Part shown: positions 61,765 through 64,000 of the stretch, one piece after another | Numbering within the stretch: the stretch's first letter is position 1 | Layout of the letters: the number at the start of each line of letters is the position of its first letter | Assembly (NCBI GenBank): GCA_030603385.1 | Contig: JAUVXW010000019.1 | Coordinates: 1 to 64,000 of the forward strand | Origin: Promethearchaeota archaeon | GTDB lineage: Archaea > Asgardarchaeota > Lokiarchaeia > Sigyniarchaeales > SOKP01 | Direction: 5' to 3' | DNA: 64,000 bases | The notes under the pieces: model-generated | What the model saw: the letters and a program-made list of their open reading frames with translations, nothing else | What the model was told of the DNA's origin: nothing | The model's database searches: none | Made by a program: the position numbers and the translations under genes

Positions 61765-62256
61765 CTACAGTTTGAAATTCTTCTTTTTTAACATATGAGT
61801 CATTTCAAAAGACATGATAAATTTTTTTGTTAAATCTATATTAACCTTATTGACTGTAAATAAAGAGTATAATATACCTCTGTCAGAATATGTTTTTGAT
61901 TCTTTCTTATTGAGAATATTAACTTCTACTTCCATTGTATCACCCACTCTTAGAGAATCTTTAAATTCTAAATTCTTTATCCCTAGTAATGCAATAACAG
62001 TTCTCTCATATATACCAAGTTTCAAAAAAAGACCGATTGCTAAAGGAATGATAAACGGTCCAGGAAAAACGTGAGACTTATAGGGCATTTCTTTTGTAGC
62101 ATATATCTCATCGAAAAACATGGATAAATTAAACCAACATAAATTACAAAAGTCAAGTAAGTCTGCTTCCCTTAAGGTTCTCCTTGATGTAATATATAGT
62201 TCTCCCTCATGAAATTCCTCATAAAATTTTCCTCGCATTTCAGAAATATAGATCAC
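61765..62256 (-). CDS. MaoC-family dehydratase-like hotdog protein
   Basis: GKFYEEF..G, RRTLREAD, LRVGDT; the usual catalytic D...H segment appears altered. Confidence 0.8.
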   Translation of the reverse strand: MIYISEMRGKFYEEFHEGELYITSRRTLREADLLDFCNLCWFNLSMFFDEIYATKEMPYKSHVFPGPFIIPLAIGLFLKLGIYERTVIALLGIKNLEFKDSLRVGDTMEVEVNILNKKESKTYSDRGILYSLFTVNKVNIDLTKKFIMSFEMTHMLKKKNFKL

Positions 62257-62488
62257 CTAAATTATCTATGTTCTTATTAAAAAATTATAATGATAATTTT
62301 AAATGAATTTTGCGCTGAAAATAACTTTTATTGAAATTCATATTCAATTCATTTACTATGTTCAATTTATATTCTTTACCTTTTACTAAAATTTATAATT
62401 TTTTTACCTTTTCTTTCTGTAAGCAAATATGTACCTCAAGACTATAGATAGGAATTTTTAAGAATGAATTTGTAGAGTCGTAAAGTTA

Positions 62489-63010
62489 ATGAAGGAACAT
62501 GTTAAACAGGATAATCATATCATTATAAAATAACATGAAATCAATGATTATATTTCTATAAAAATAATTCACTTACCTTTTGATCATAAGATTAAAGAAT
62601 ATGAATCTTATGTGTATTCTGAAAAAGGGACTAAAGTAGTAATTTGTATAAGGAATGAACCTTTAGTAACAATACCTAGCGCTTTGTTTCCTTCATTAAA
62701 GACGATAATTCAAGAAAAAAAAGATCCTACAGATAGATATGAATATAATCAGAAAAAAAATTTAACAGAAACAATTTTCCGAAGACTTCTATCAAATCTA
62801 ATCATCTGGTCTGAAAATGATTATAATACTCAAATCATAGACCACAAAATTGCGTTCCCCTTATTGAAAAAACTAAGGGAGGTTGGAGATACCAAATTTC
62901 AAATTATTTTACAACAAGAAATATTGAAGGCATATTCTACAAGTACGTTTCAGGTAAAAGAATTTTTAAAACGTGAAGGATATTTAAAACTTATTGGTGA
63001 CTTTTTCTAA
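62489..63010 (+). pseudogene. Paralogue of 56416..57303 with an in-frame TAA at 62531
   Basis: ATG 62489 MKEHVKQDNHIIIK*HEINDYISIKI... continues in frame into ORF 62612..63010 with DHKIAFPLLKKLREVGD. Confidence 0.6.
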
Positions 63011-63052
63011 CTTATATGTTAAAAAAAAAGATTAAAATTGAAAAAAAATACT

Positions 63053-64000
63053 TTAAGCTTTATTTAATTCATCATTAATCCCTGCAATTCTTTTTACAAT
63101 CTCTTTTCTAGATTCAATATCATACTGAGTTGTTATTGCAATACTTTCCATCACAGGTGAACCCCCACCATGATAACTTCCAAAGAGATGAACCCCTGCG
63201 GTTGCAGAACAGTATATATCACCGACATACCGCCAGAATTGTGCAGCATTTTCAGGTGAAATCTTAGGATTTCGGGTAATATATTTGTAAAGTTGTTCTT
63301 TTAATTCTGGATTCACAAAATCTCTTTCATGAGGGAAAGTTGCAGGAATACCTCCTGAAAGATCAACTATAATCTCAGCTTCACGAAAAACATTTTCTCC
63401 TGATAAACATCTTCCAACATTACAATAAATTGAATTTGGAATATAGCTTCCAGGTCCATAAGGAATAAATCCTACACCAGGCATATATACTTCTGGTTTA
63501 CCTAAATCGGAAGCAGTATATCCTGCAGCATAACCTAGTTCTGTAACCATAATTAATTCAGCTAGCTTACTCCTTACATGTGATGCTCTATGGATATTAT
63601 TATATTCTGCTGCTAAAGCGGCAGTTCCTACAACTAAATCTCCTATTGCGGGTTTACATCCTGAATAGCTATGACGATGAAATAGAGCGAATAACAATGC
63701 AAGAGTACCAGCATGTTGATATTCGCCGCATAGAAAAACCCTTTCCCATGGAACAAATACGTCATCAAAAATGATGTATGAATCTGTTGCCCCTGGCATG
63801 AATCCACGTTTGAAGTGTTCTCTTTCGCGTAAGTTGTGAATGGTAACGACTTGTTTAACACCTTCATAATCAGCAGGCAATGCAAATGCAACAGCATAAT
63901 CCTTATCTTCTGGTCTCAATGCTCTGGTTGGAACAACTATAATCTCATCTGATACAGAAGCTTCTGAAATGTGAACTTTGCATCCACGAACGATAATTCC
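63053..64000 (-). CDS. 4-hydroxybutyryl-CoA dehydratase-like (AbfD/HpaB family), N-terminus outside the window
   Basis: Frame open to the window end: GIIVRGCKVHIS...PTRAL...DYAVAF; FDDVFVPWERVF; HRHSYSGCK; HGGGSP. Confidence 0.85.
   Translation of the reverse strand, partial: GIIVRGCKVHISEASVSDEIIVVPTRALRPEDKDYAVAFALPADYEGVKQVVTIHNLREREHFKRGFMPGATDSYIIFDDVFVPWERVFLCGEYQHAGTLALLFALFHRHSYSGCKPAIGDLVVGTAALAAEYNNIHRASHVRSKLAELIMVTELGYAAGYTASDLGKPEVYMPGVGFIPYGPGSYIPNSIYCNVGRCLSGENVFREAEIIVDLSGGIPATFPHERDFVNPELKEQLYKYITRNPKISPENAAQFWRYVGDIYCSATAGVHLFGSYHGGGSPVMESIAITTQYDIESRKEIVKRIAGINDELNKA

Overview
AT-rich archaeal chromosome segment. It is most consistent with an Asgard archaeon of the Lokiarchaeia, an inference from gene content: several Rab-like GTPases, a roadblock-GTPase fusion, a longin protein, an OST5/TMEM258-like protein, PolD and an unsplit Rpo2. 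Most of the window is core information-processing genes (elf1, pelota, rtcB, archease, carS, cdc6, polD DP1/DP2, cbf5, rpo5/rpo2, tfe, mbf1, pan, nac, nrdD), three intron-containing tRNA genes (four introns, three at non-canonical positions) and some metabolic genes. The main finding is that the elf1 transcription elongation factor gene (2045-2654) is interrupted inside its first zinc-binding CxxC by a 31-nt stop-containing insert (2120-2150). The insert folds with both exons into a bulge-helix-bulge-like motif, and cutting at the canonical positions restores CPDCG exactly. This makes it a candidate tRNA-type (EndA/RtcB) intron in an Asgard mRNA. Other leads: a BAR-like gene next to a coiled-coil/polyproline/WH2-like gene, an unlisted 51-aa WH2-like micro-protein, a HerA-like ATPase plus zinc-ribbon nuclease accessory pair with a nearby structured RNA candidate, and a Rab-like GTPase with a long motif-rich tail. 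All family assignments come from motif recognition by eye; no database searches were run.
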